Assembly: GCF_018977255.1 (NCBI RefSeq) | Contig: NW_024705578.1 | Coordinates: 1-33,557 of the forward strand | DNA from: Callorhinchus milii | Lineage: Eukaryota | Reading direction: 5' to 3' | DNA: 33,557 nt | Shown: one piece after another, positions 12,655 to 24,439 of the stretch | Layout of the letters: every line of letters begins with the position of its first letter | How positions within the stretch are numbered: the first letter of the stretch is position 1 | Translations under genes and position numbers: made by a program | The notes under the pieces: model-generated | The model's database searches: none | What the model was told of the DNA's origin: nothing | Seen by the model: the letters and a program-made list of their open reading frames with translations, nothing else

Positions 12655-14039
12655 CATCCATGGTAGGCTTCGACCGGTCCGGCTTTAGACAGGCGGGGTG
12701 CACATACCATCACGGGCATCCCAATTGGACCTGTACATATTGGGGCCTGAGAATTCCCACCACCTTAACAGGGTCCTGCCACGGACGGTGCAGTTTGGGC
12801 GAGGTTCCTAAGGGGACCTGTGGGCAGTGTAGTCATGCACTCCCACTTTGAAAGGCAGGGGCGTCACTCCCTTTTGCCTGGCCATGTTCATTTGCGAAAT
12901 GGGCAGAAGCCGCTGCAGCTTGTGCTGCCTCTCTCACCCTCTCCCACTGCTGCATGACCTGTCGTATCGCTATTTGCTATTTTGCAGCCGTAGCTGGGAG
13001 GTCAAAATCTGGCGCTTGATGGGAAGGTCTGGCTTCCTACCATACATCAAATAAAACGGGGAGTATCCCGTCGACACATGCGAGGCTAACCGGTATGCTG
13101 CCAGGATCCTGCATATATGTAAGTCCCAGTCTGTCTTGGTGTCATTGACCACCTGACATAGCGATTTAGTCGTTCCGCCATCCCATCAGTTTGTGGGTGG
13201 TATGGAGAAGTGCGTACTTTATTAGTACCTAGGATGTCGCACACTTTCTGTATCAGTATTGAGGATTTTTTTTACCCTGGTCCATTAGGAGTTTTTCAGG
13301 GGCACCTTTGTCCATAATATATCCATGAACAAAAGCTTCTGCTATTGACTGAGAGATTTGATCTGCCAGGGGCTACGCTACCTACCATCGTGTAAAATAC
13401 TCAACCCCTACAAGCAGATATTTGTGACCTCTGTCGGTACGAGGTAGGGGACCCACTATATCTAAGACCACAAACTCATTGACTGGCGAAACCTCGATTG
13501 ACTGTAGTGGAACTTCGACCGGGTGTGCTGGCGGTTTCCGCCGTGCACATTCTACACATGAGGCGCTCCATGCGCGGAAAATCAGCCATCATACCTGGCC
13601 AAAAATAATGTGTTTTGATGGTGGACAATGTTTTCAGCTCCCCCAAATGTAGGAGGCAGCAGCTATGCACTTCCGCTACCATTTTTTGCGTATGGAGGTC
13701 GGTACAAAAACACAGTAGGACTGTGTATCGATCTCCCAACGCATCAACAGCCCTTCGTACTCTACGAATTTCGACACTGTTGGAGGCCAATCCTGTCCTG
13801 GGCTGGGCTTAGCTATGGTGCAGATAGCATCAAGCGTCTCATCTTCCTCTTGTAATCGGCGCCATTCCTCTTGACCCAATCCTAAATCCCGATCGGCCAA
13901 GGGAGGCTCTGGTTTACCTTCCCACATGTGCACAGGTGCCGTGAGGCACGCTGTATCAGGTGAGAGTGGTTTGCATCTGGGAGAGCCCTTAGCACAGGCA
14001 CAAGTACTGCCTTGGGCAGACACGATAATGCATCGCAAA

Positions 14040-14258
14040 TTTAGCATTCTCAGGAAGAACGTAATCAACCAGGTAGGGTGTTGACTGTTATGTTATCCGA
14101 CTCTCTGTTGTATTACATTATATTTCTAAGTATACTAGATTTCTGTTTCTATTTCATTTATACTTGATGATGATTGCTTGTGTTGCAATCGAAACGTTGT
14201 ATGCTAGTATTTAATTTATTATTTTATCTTTATACGTGACTTTACCGAAAGAACCAAA
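14040..14258 (+). mobile_element. Short PLE-type terminal fragment inserted in, and replacing part of, the RNase H region of element B
   Basis: An AT-rich block interrupts pol between AEQHYCV and (A)DALS. It carries a hammerhead motif and the 25-nt tail shared with 28155-28179. Confidence 0.7.
14159..14203 (+). ncRNA. Minimal type I hammerhead ribozyme motif (C3-to-U variant)
   Basis: TATAC-TTGATGA-T-GATTGC-TTGTGTT-GCAATC-GAAAC-GTT-GTATG: helix I, core, perfect 6-bp helix II and palindromic ACGT in place of helix III. Confidence 0.7.
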
Positions 14259-17200
14259 GAGTAACGCAGTAGTGTTGTTCGGCCGATGACCGTACCTGTT
14301 TGCCATATGCAAGTACCACCTCTCTGCATGACTGCACCTGGGATAGGATGGCCCCAATCCCTACATTGCTCGCATCCATATCCAGTGTGAAGGGTAGTGA
14401 AAAATGTGGATATGCCAATGGTGGCGCCTCCGTAAGGAGTGTTCAGAGATTTGTAATAGCCCTGTCCTCTTCCGTACCCCAATGGAATTTCTGCCCTTTA
14501 GCTGTAAGTACATGTAGGGGTTTCATAATCGCCACAAAATCCTGTATGAATCTGTGGTAATAGGAAACAAAGCCTATAAATCATTTAACATCCGGTATAA
14601 ATACGGAAATGGGCCATTCTCAAACACACCGCATCTTTTCGGGATAGTAGCTACCCCTGTTGTGCTGACTATGTGCCCCAAATATCTTCCCTGATATATG
14701 AGAAAACCAGCCTCAACCGGTGTGTACCTGGAAGGATCGACCATGCACAATGAAGTCGTCTAAATATATCAGGCAAACGTCCCATTGGAGACCCGTCAGT
14801 ACTTGGTCCATGAGCCGTCAGAATGTGGCTGGGGCCATTTGTAATCCCATGGGGAGACAGTTACAATGGAATAACCCCTGGGGTGTCCTAAAGGCGGTTT
14901 TGTTTTTCGAATCCTCATCCAGCCGTAACTGCCAAAATCCTGATGATAGGTCCAATGTAGACAAGTATTTGGCTCCTGCTAAGGCGTCCAAGGAATTCTC
15001 AATCCGAGGTAACGGATAAGTGTCCGCCATTGTGACCTTATTCAGTTGACGGAAGTCGACTGAAAAACTGCAATGAACCATCTAGATTTTTCACCAGGAT
15101 GATAGGGGCTCCCCATGGGCTCGTAGATGGCAATATAATATCGGACCTTAACATCGCGTTCACCATGCTTTGTACGTGAGATTTGTCGACCGGCCCCAAG
15201 CGATTTGAATTCTGGCGGATAGGTGGTGCGTTTCCCATGTAGATTTCATGGGATATTAAATTAGAGTGCCCTAAATCATACGGTGCCTTTTAAAAATGTC
15301 TGAAGAGCCTAATGCTGTGACTCGGACAAGTTATCATCCTGCGCTGTCATGGCTTTCAGCCAGGGCATTGCCTCCTCGTTCGTGGGCCAGTTCCATCCGC
15401 TGTTATTCCTGCCTGCAGTTCTTCGCCCCTGCTGTCATGGGCCGTACATGTGCTAAAACCGTTTCCCCATGTATTGTGACAGGCATGGTTGCCATGTTAA
15501 AACTTGAATAAAAATGTTTGGTGGCAACATAGGATGGTGTCCATTCCTCTAAGGCGTGTCTATCCATGATCGCCATTGCCGGCGATACCAATATGGGTGT
15601 GTGTTGGTCGAGCCATCACCAGAGGAGTACGATATCGAAGGGGAATTAAGATTGGTGCTGCTGGAGGTACCGTGATCGTCTCTTTCGCGACTGTCTGCTC
15701 TTGAGCTGACGTCCAGGTACCGTTGTCCGGACATGCAAAATATAGACGTTCCCCTGACGGCATTTTGATGCATCCTTTGTCACAATTTTCATAGGGAGCT
15801 GGTTCGATTAGTCCATTTCCAGAAAACGGAATCGTCAATGTGCTGGAGACGAGTACATGGCCCGATATGACCAGTTCTCCCACACGAATTTGGGTCTCCA
15901 GCTGTCCCAAAATCCCCATGTTTCCCGCTTTTGCCGCTATGTATGATGATTGTATGGGACATAAGCGCTGGGACCTCTGGGGAAATATATTCAAAACGTG
16001 CAACCATAAAGTCCAGAGCCCCCACATCCAGGCCCAGGAAAGCAGCCTGTTCCAGGGCTATGAGAGTGCTTCTATAGGCCAAGGCCAATAAGCAGCTTGC
16101 AAGGTGTTCGTTTTCTCCGCTGGCATGGATGAATAAATAATCAAAGCATCGTTGTTAAGGGCCATGGGGCCAGCCTTCAGTGCCTCATGCTCCATCCATT
16201 CTAAATAAGTGTATGCCACCTTGAATCAGCGAACAAATACTCCCCAGTCCCCTGCTTTGGCCACAAACTCCTCAACGCGCCCTAACCTGCGTGGTCGGTT
16301 GGTGCCCTCGACCTGTTGCCATTCCGCTCCCCTGGTTAGAACGACCGCGTGCATCTCGGACCATTGTCCTCGTGCCTCCCGACGCAGTTCCAACGCACCA
16401 CCGCTAAAACCCGGGGTGGCCATTACTGCTGGGCATCGGGAATTTCGCACCATTTCTGTTTTGATGATGGCCAGCGGTGTCAGCCCCACTAAGCGTGACA
16501 GAGGTGACCCTTCCCCATCCCTCTGGGGTTCCAAAATGGTCCTTTATCGGGCAGCCTCCAATGGGCCTGCTGGCCCAGTGAGGATGGAGCCCAATGATTG
16601 TGGTGCTGTGTTCTCACCCGTTCCCGGTGCTGGCTCCTCCATCTCCGGCACGGTGATCTCCGACAGTCCCTCTTGGGCAGCGACCATCCCGGCTATCGCT
16701 GTTGCTTGTAACGTTCCCGCTCGGGTGAGTGGAGAAGCTGCTGCGGACGCCAAGGGCGGCGTCGCTGTCGCTGGGGGTACTAGCTTCCCCGTCCTTCCGC
16801 AGCTGTTGCAGGAGTAGTGTAACAGCTTCTGTGAGTTGGTTGACCCGGTCCGCTAAGGGCCTCCTCCTCTAGTGGGGTCGAGGGTTCTAGGACGTCTCAC
16901 TCCATGCTTTCTGATGTCTTCTATAGTTCGGGGAGCCATTCAGACCGAGTCTGTAGGCAATGCTGTTTCCGGATCACGGCGGTCCGCGGCGCTGGAAGTC
17001 TAAACTCGTTCCACCCCTGGGGTTTCTGCTGGGGTTCAGCACTACACATGCATACGCACATACATTTAGAGGGGTGTTTTTTATGCAGACTTAACATTAA
17101 CGTGCATATCTAGCACATAGCACAAAAAAGCACAAGGTAGTGAACACCACGTGAAAATAGAATTAATTATTTCAAATGACAGGGATTTCAGATCATCACA

Positions 17201-17750
17201 ACATTTATGCTTAGGAGCCAGGCATGCATTCTTCTTTGGGCATTCCTTTAATGATTCAGCATTTTTTTACCTGTGAACAAATGGTGACTGGGATTGCCTA
17301 ATTAGTATTTGGTGAACGGCATTGCTCACGTTGTCAACACTCACGCTGCAGAATGTGAATGCACAAATTAAAATTTTACATTTTAAAGTCATACATTAAC
17401 ATTGCATTCAGTGCTGAGTATTATGCTGAATAAAAAGGGTTGTTTTAATTGTCTTATGAGGTAGACCCATATCTAAATATCGATAGTTGGTTTACTTATT
17501 ATTTATTTATTTAATGCGTATGTAAATTCATGCAAGCATGTTTCTCCCATAAAACACAAGGACACTAATGGGAATGGCTTTTAAAGCATTTTCATCAATG
17601 TTGATGTTCTTGAAAAGCTAATACAATATATAGTACATTACGTGCAGTTACATTGTGCATTCATGAGTGGATAATCATATATCCATAACAATTACTTTAT
17701 TTTATTTTCATAGTGGGACCCATAGCTTGTTGACCATATAAACATCTTCA

Positions 17751-17828
17751 GAGGTGGTCAGGAGGCTAAAGGGTCAGAACACTGAGCTGCCAATGCTCAG
17801 ATCTTGAGTTCGAATTCAGGTAGCCACC
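17751..17828 (+). mobile_element. Degenerate tRNA-derived SINE head
   Basis: A-box-like TGGTCAGGAGG and B-box-like GAGTTCGAATTC at tRNA-like spacing; no full cloverleaf. Confidence 0.4.
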
Positions 17829-18699
17829 TATAATTTATACCAGGTTCATGGTTTCAGCAAAATCACAAAATGTCTGCATATTAAAACAAAATCTCCCAAT
17901 CATATGAAATAGTTTTTGTCATTCAATTTTGCAAATTTCTTTTCGATGAATGAAACATTTTGATTGTATTGCTAATGCAACAAACATCTCTGCAGAAGAT
18001 TACACATGAAAGTGGAGTACCCCTAGTATAGATAAGAAGTCACTTGAAGAAATCTCTATATTAGTTCAGTACCCTGAGTCACCCAATCACATCCAAAAAT
18101 ATTAACCACCCATCATTTAGTTAACACGTAGGCTTTCGCGACCAATATTATTCATAATCAACGTTTTTGGGTTAGATCGCGTTATTTATAAACGTGTCGT
18201 AACCCTCCACCACCCGACACGGCCAATCAGCAAAAAAAGTGTCACGTTGACAAAAGACAAATAGTTCACTGCTTTAGCCCACCGGTGTGTTGAAGCGTGA
18301 AACCACAACATTTACAATATTTGAGTACGACGTTTCGCTGGTAATTGTGATTTAAAGTTTTTATTAACTTCTCAGCGGAAATAACAAAGAAACCCAAAGA
18401 AAGCAACACTTGGAGTAACATTCCATCCGGGCGTCTCGACAGGCCCCTTCCGATCTTCGTCCCATCCGCGGGCGCCCCCACCTACAATACGACAAAGGCC
18501 AGCCACCGCAACGCCCACCGCCCCGCGCCCCTTTCCCCACCGTCGCCACCATTCACCCTCGCAACGCTCCTTCGCATCGCCCTCCCCCCCCCCCGTGTCC
18601 GGGCGTTCCTCGCCTGCACACCTCAGTAGGCCAGTTAAATACACACGGCCACCCCTCACCGTCCCTTCCCCATACCCACGGGCCCTCCCTACCCCACCC

Positions 18700-21600
18700 C
18701 GGGTAGGGGCCACCTCCACTTTACGCCCGCGGCCCTGTGTCCCAACCTTGCCCGGTCCACTTCCATCACCCTTTCCAGCAACCTCCTCGCCCATTGACAT
18801 ACCCCCACAAGCAGCACAGGGGACCCGTCCAGCTCCTTTCTGCGCGCCCCCACAAAGCCTCCTTCGTCGCACCTATTACGGCCCACGCCCGGTCTCTGTC
18901 TCCCTCCCCCACCCCCCTCAAGGCACCCCACATAATGTCCTGCTCAGTCACCTGCGCCGGGTAGTACCGGTTCAGCAGCGGGCCGTTCCTCCTCCATACC
19001 TCCCGCGCAAAGGGGCACCTCACCATTGCGTGTACCGCATCCTCATCCTTGCCGCAACCTCTCGGGCATTTGGGGGAGTTTGATAATTGGCGGGCGAACA
19101 TGAAGCTCCTTGTCCCTAGCCTATCCCGCACCGCCAACCATGACAAGTCTCTTTGCTCCTTTGTGAGCGCCTTTGATGCGGTGTTCTTCCATACTTGCCG
19201 GTGTACTGCTCTCTTTACCCCTGCCACCTCCTCGCAGGCCTCCCCTTTATTCACTTCTGCCATCACTTTCTTGGGGGTCCATGGGCCCCTTTCCTGGTGC
19301 AAGCCATACTCCTTTATGTAATCCCCACCACCGTATGCAGCCATCCCTGTGGCCAGGCCAGAGGCGTGCCCCTCGTCAGCTGGGACATCCCGAGCCCCCT
19401 CATTAACCACTCCAGACGGTACCTCAAGTAGCAGGCTGCCTTCCCCCGGGGTGCTTCGGAGTAGAAACGCCTCAGCGAGTTGCACACAAAGGTTGAGAGC
19501 AGGACCCGCGCCACATCTGGGGCCCCCCTCCCCCCGTTCTCTACACGTTTGCACATCGCTACCCTCTTTACCCTATCCATCCCCCCCCCCCCCAGATGAA
19601 CCTAAATAATGCTGACATCAGGCTCCTTATCTCCCCCTTGCCTGGTGAGTATACATATGCTAGATAATTAAGGGTCGGCATCACCTCCGTCCTCACTACC
19701 ATGATCCTTCCATCGACAGCTTCCTCCCTGCCCACCTTCGCAGCTGCTCCCTCACCTGTCTATCTTCCTTCCCCAGTTCCTCTCCGCTGACTTCTCTCGA
19801 CAGAAGTCTATACCTAATATCCTGACCTCCTCTGTCCTCATCTCCAGCTCTGGTGGCCGCCCCTCGAACAGTCTCGAGTCTCCAAAGACCATCAGCACAC
19901 CTTCAAACCAGAGGCCCATCCGAATCGTCTCGTCTCTTCCCCGGCCCCCATACCGATGCCACTTCCCTGCAGAGGATGACCACGTCGTCCATGTACAGCA
20001 CTACCTTCCCCTGTTCCTTTTCCCTGGGACTGTCACTCCCCTGATCCCCTGGCTATTCCGTATCGCCTGTGCGAGAGGTTCCATGCCCATTACGAACAGC
20101 ACCGGGGACATCGGGCAACCTTGCCTTACCCCCGACTCCACTAAGATCGTCTCTGAGAGTTCTCCGTTCACCATCACCCTGGTCCTGAGTCCTTGGTATA
20201 TGCATCTCACCCATTCCACCAGGGGCCCCCTCACTCCCATTTTGTCTAGCACTGCAAAGACGTACTCGTGTGAGAGCCGATCGAATGCCTTTTCCAGGTC
20301 CAGACTTAGGAGCCCCAGGGGGCACCCTCTCTCTCTCCACCTCGATCGCCTCCCGCAGTAGCACCAGTGAGTCCGAGATCTTTCGTCCCGGCACCGCGCA
20401 TGTTTGGTCGGGCTCGACCACCTCTCCCACCACCCTCCCCAAGCGTGTCGGACTATCTTTGCCATGATCTTATAGTCTGAGTTCAGAAGCGTAATTGCCT
20501 CCAGTTTCCCAAATCTCTCCGGTCCCCCTTCCCCTTATACATCAGTGTGATGAGCCCCTCACTCATGTCTTCTGGCACCAGGCCGCCCTCCAGCGTCTCC
20601 CTGCACATTTGCAGCATATCCTCCTTCAACAAATCCCAAAAAGTGATGTAGAATTCCGCCGGGATTCCATCCAGTCCCGGTGTCCTGTTCCTGTTTTGCC
20701 TTCTCACCGCCTCCCCCACTTCCCCCATCTGGATCCTCTCTTTCAGCCCTCTGGGTTCCTAACTTCATGTCTCAGCTCTCCCAGCAGAGCCTCCCGCATC
20801 CCCTTATCCGTTTCCTTCCTCCCATACAACTCCCCATAGTAATCCCTCGCTATCTCTATCATTCCTCAGTCGTTACCTGCCTGCCTCTAGTCGGGCTCAC
20901 CAATTCCTTAACTGTGTTATCTCCTGTCCTGCATTTCTTAAAGAAGTATCTCGTACACTTTCCCCCCTCTTCCATTGCCCTGACCCTTGCCCTGTATACC
21001 AGCTGCCTGGCTCTCCTCTCTAATACCGAGGATAGCCTCCCCTTCAACCTCTCTATGTCCTCGCCCACGGGGAACCCCAGCTCCATTAATCTGTACTTCT
21101 TCTCGATCCTGGCATTCCATAACTGCAGCTCCCTCTTCACGCTCCTCCCCTGCTATATGTCTGGAAGAGAGCCTTTATCCTGCCCTTCACCATACTCCAC
21201 CACTCAACCCTCGTGGCGAAGCATTCCTGGAGGGTCGTCCAGTCTTTGTACCGCTTTACGAAGTCCTCCACCACCTTTCCGTCTGCCAACAGGCTCACAT
21301 TCATCTTCCAGGTCCCCTTCCCTATTTTCAGGCCGCCTGGAATGCCGAGTTTTGCCTTTACCCAATTGTGGTCTGAAAGGGGGAAAGGTTCCAAATCTGC
21401 CCCTTCCACCCTCACATCGGCAGACACAAAAAGGAAGTCTATTCGTGATTGCGTTCCACCGCCCTTATTCGACCACGTATATCCTGGTCTCATCGGGTGC
21501 ACCTTTCTGAAGGCATCCGTCATTTCAAAGTCCTCCATCAACTCTTTCAGCTTCCGAGAGGATGGGTCAAGCTTCCTCCTCGCGGCAACCGATAACAAGT

Positions 21601-22048
21601 CTGTCAGGTGCAATGGGCAATTAAAATCGCCCCCCATTATGATCTGCCGTCTCGTGGCCAGCAGGGTCGCCACGTTATTCCACATGTCCATCCTTCCTGC
21701 ACATGTCGTGGGGGCGTACACATTTATCAGTCTCAGTTCCGCATCCCCATAGGATACGTCCACATAGTGGAGACGTCCCGGGATCACCTCTTGGGACCCC
21801 GTTATTTGTATACCCCTCCTGCCTAGGAGGGTAACCACCCCTGTGCATCGGTTTTCATTGCTCCCTGACCAGAAGTAGTACCCGTCCCAGCCCTCCAACA
21901 GCTCCTCCCGGCCCAGGGTATATGGTAGGTGACATTCTTGGAGGAAGACCACCTCCCTCTTGGTAGCCTGCAGCAGTTGCATTATCGCTCCTCTCCTCCC
22001 CTTTCCCTTCAAACTTCTCACATTCACGGACGCCACGGTAAGTTCCAT
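18700..22048 (-). pseudogene. Tx1 ORF2 (APE endonuclease, RT, C-terminal zinc motif), frameshifted
   Basis: MELTVASVNVRSL, FLQECH, LINVYAP, GGDFN, SRIDFL and SDH; TPGLDGIPAEFY; DLEKAFDR; SGVRQGCPMSP; VLYMDDV near 19990; CPRGCGKDEDAVHAMVRC. Confidence 0.95.
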
Positions 22049-22061
22049 GTCGGGATGTGTC

Positions 22062-23985
22062 TCAGTCCGACTCCGCCCTCTCCGCTCGCCCTCCGTAACA
22101 GCTTTCGTTCGCCAGCTCCCGCAGCTTCATCTTGCCCCTTGCTCTCAAGGGTTTCCCCCTGCGCCGGCTCCCCACCATTTCCTCCATCCCCTCCCTCGAG
22201 GCCTCCGTGTCCGGCGAAGAGTCCGAGGGTTCAGTGCTGCCTGAAGGGGCGACTTTTTTTGGGGCTCTCTGTAGCTTCCTTTTCCTTCCGGTTGGTCCCT
22301 CCCATGTCTCGCTGCCGCCTTCCTCCTGCTGTCGTTCCCCTTTTCCTTCATCCTCCTCCACCGCCTCCGCCCAGTCTTCCACGGTCGTCTCGGAGATGCT
22401 GCCCATGCCGTCGCTCCCCTCCCCCGCCAGCCCCCCCTCCTGCTCGCTCGATGTCGATTCCTCTCTTTCCGCGGGCCTCTCCCCTTCTCCCGCTCCGCCC
22501 GTCGCCGGTGGCCGCTGCTCGGCCACCTCCCCTCGCTCCTCCCTCTCCAATTCCCTATCCGGCCCCAGTCTGGTCCCGCCCCCCTCCTCATCCCCGCCCC
22601 CCCCCCCATACGCCCTAACCCTGTTGGCATACGATTCCGGACAGTTTCTGTATAGATGTTCTCTGCTACCGCAGAGATTACATTGTGCCGGGACACTGCA
22701 CTCTTCCACCACGTGGTCCAGTGCCTTGCATCTATAGCAGACCCTCGCCTCGCACGCTGCGGCCAGGTGTCCGCGTCCCCCACACCTCCTACACAGTTTG
22801 GGCTGTCCCGCATATACAACATATCCCCGGCTGCCTCCTATATTCAGGGCACTCGGGATGTGTCTCAGCCCTCTGTCTTCAGCCGCACCCTCCATTGTCT
22901 AGCCCCTGTCCATATCCCCACCGAATCCCTCACCTTCTTACAGCCCGACAGTACCGAGCAATGCTGTCTCAACCAGACCTCCACGTCATGGTCGTGTAGA
23001 GCTTCATTATATAGGAAGACAGTCACCACCTTCGTATCCAGCTCCGATAGCAGCTGCAACTTCATTGATGCCAGTGGCTTCTCCTCCGCCTTCTCCTCGA
23101 AGCGGGTCAAGAATCTCTGTAGCAGGGGGCTTGAGTTGAAACTGACATCAAAAGCCCTCCCTCCCGGCAGGGTTATCAAGCAGTACAGGTCTGTTGGCTC
23201 TATTTGTAACAGGCCCATCACTATTGACCGTACAAAGGTCGCCCGGTCGATGGTCACCTCCTCCGCCACCTCGTCCTTCATCGCCACTCTGACGCAGTTA
23301 TGTCGTCTGACGTGAGGTGGTGTTAGGCTCGCCCCTGCCCCGCCTCGCCACCCCCCGCTCGTTCCCGGGGCCTCCCAGCCCCCACCGGTCCAGCGTCCAC
23401 TGCCACCTTCTCCCCCGGGCCTCCCACGCCCAGGGTTGCTGGCATCTCCCTGGCCTCGTCCCCCACCCTCCGCTCGGGGGCACCCGCCCCCTGCCCCCCG
23501 GCACCATACCTCTTCCTCCTCGGCCCCCTCGCCCACCCATCAGCTCCCGCCTCCCCTCCATTTCCGCCACCCGCCCCCTCTGCCGTGCCTCCGCCACCCT
23601 CCTCTCAACCCCTCGCCGTGCCTCCCCTCACCTCCCCCTGCCGCCGGCAGGTCAGCCTGGTTGCTCCAGTCCCCCCCGGCGCCACAGGTGGTGTCGGTGG
23701 CCCTCTGCTCTCTCCGCGTCTCTGTCTTGCCTCCTGCAATCGCCATCTGGCCAACTCGGTCGTCCCGGCTCCCTCAGCAGTGCAGGTGGCGTCCATTGCT
23801 CTTGGCGCTCGCCCTGCCTCCTTTTCGTCTGCTGCGACCGCTAGCTGGGCGGCTCGGTCGGCCCGGTCTCCCTCGGCAACTCGGGTGGCACCCGTAGCCC
23901 TCGACTCTCGCCATGTCCCCTCCTCATCCGCTGCGACTTCCGTCTCGACGCTCCAGCAGTCCCAGCCTCTTGGTAGCGTGGTCAT
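22062..23985 (-). pseudogene. Tx1 ORF1 (ZCCHC3-like nucleic-acid-binding protein with three CCHC knuckles), frameshifted
   Basis: RRHNCVRV...FVRSIVMGLLQ...FDVSF; knuckles CRRCGGRGHLAAAC, CYRCKALDHVVEEC and CNLCGSREHLYRNC; acidic tail. The start position is approximate. Confidence 0.9.
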
Positions 23986-24439
23986 CCCTGGCCTCACGGC
24001 CAGGGCCCTCGCAGGCCTCGGAGCTGGTGGTTAAGTCCGCGGGTGATCGCCGTGGCGATAGCAGCTTGAGGTCCGGACGGGCTGGAAGGATCACCTAAGT
24101 GCTCCTGGTGTCTCCTCTGGCAAGCCAGGATAGTTGCACCCCTCCTCATCGGGCAATTCGCCAGAATGGTGAGGCTCTGCTCTGCTCCTGGTCTTAAATA
24201 GAGCAGCAGCAGGGTGACGTAATCATTTAACTCATCAGGTGCAATGATTTGAGGCAGAGGGGGGGGGGTTATTGTAATTATATACTAGATTGGTAATCAG
24301 TCAATTGTGTACGATGTGAATTGTAGATTAGTAATCAGTTGTAATGTGTTTTATTGTAATATGCTACGTTAGTAATCAGTTAATTAGTATTTGTTTCCCT
24401 ATAAGGAATTGTAATATGTATTATTTAATAATACGCTTC

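Larger units (their letters stand above)
12659..16340 (-). pseudogene. pol: Frameshifted, internally deleted gag-pol of element B
   Basis: Gag-like EEFVAKAGDWGVFVR...ALNNDAL and LAYRSTLIALEQAAF; C-terminal half of the protease GILGQLETQIRVG; RT PSTSPWGAPIILVK, DTYPLPRIENSLDALAGAKYLSTLDLSSGFWQ and CLIYLDD; RNase H to AEQHYCV; IN HLGELKT...YFWPGM and DWDLHI...STGYSPFYLMYGR. Confidence 0.93.
5992..17046 (-). mobile_element. Decayed Gypsy/Ty3 LTR retrotransposon B (host of element A)
   Basis: Minus-strand gag, PR, RT, RNase H and IN remnants at 12659-16340. PPT at 6285-6296 and 3' LTR ending at 6284. The LTR terminus TTCAGCACTACA (6273-6284) recurs at 17035-17046. The left boundary is uncertain (TGT at 5992, 6035 or 6047) and no clean TSD was found. 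Confidence 0.8.
18348..24130 (-). mobile_element. Full-length but decayed Tx1-clade (L1 group) LINE, about 5.8 kb
   Basis: 5' UTR starts with a TCCTGG...CCAGGA inverted repeat, then ORF1, ORF2 and a G-rich 3' UTR ending AATAAAAACTTTAAATCA with no poly(A). Flanked by the imperfect repeat TAATTG (18342-18347) / TAGTTG (24131-24136). Confidence 0.92.

Noticed and set aside
18372..24098. Many long Pro/Ser/Arg-rich plus-strand and alternate-frame ORFs (e.g. 20680-21510, 21929-22618, 22656-23315)
   Set aside because: Shadow ORFs of the GC-rich Tx1 element; the recognisable domains are in the minus-strand frames.
24221..24250. Second CTGATGA box on the minus strand (24232-24238)
   Set aside because: No properly placed GAAA or helix II partner; the degenerate box at 24146-24152 fits the TSD-based reconstruction better.
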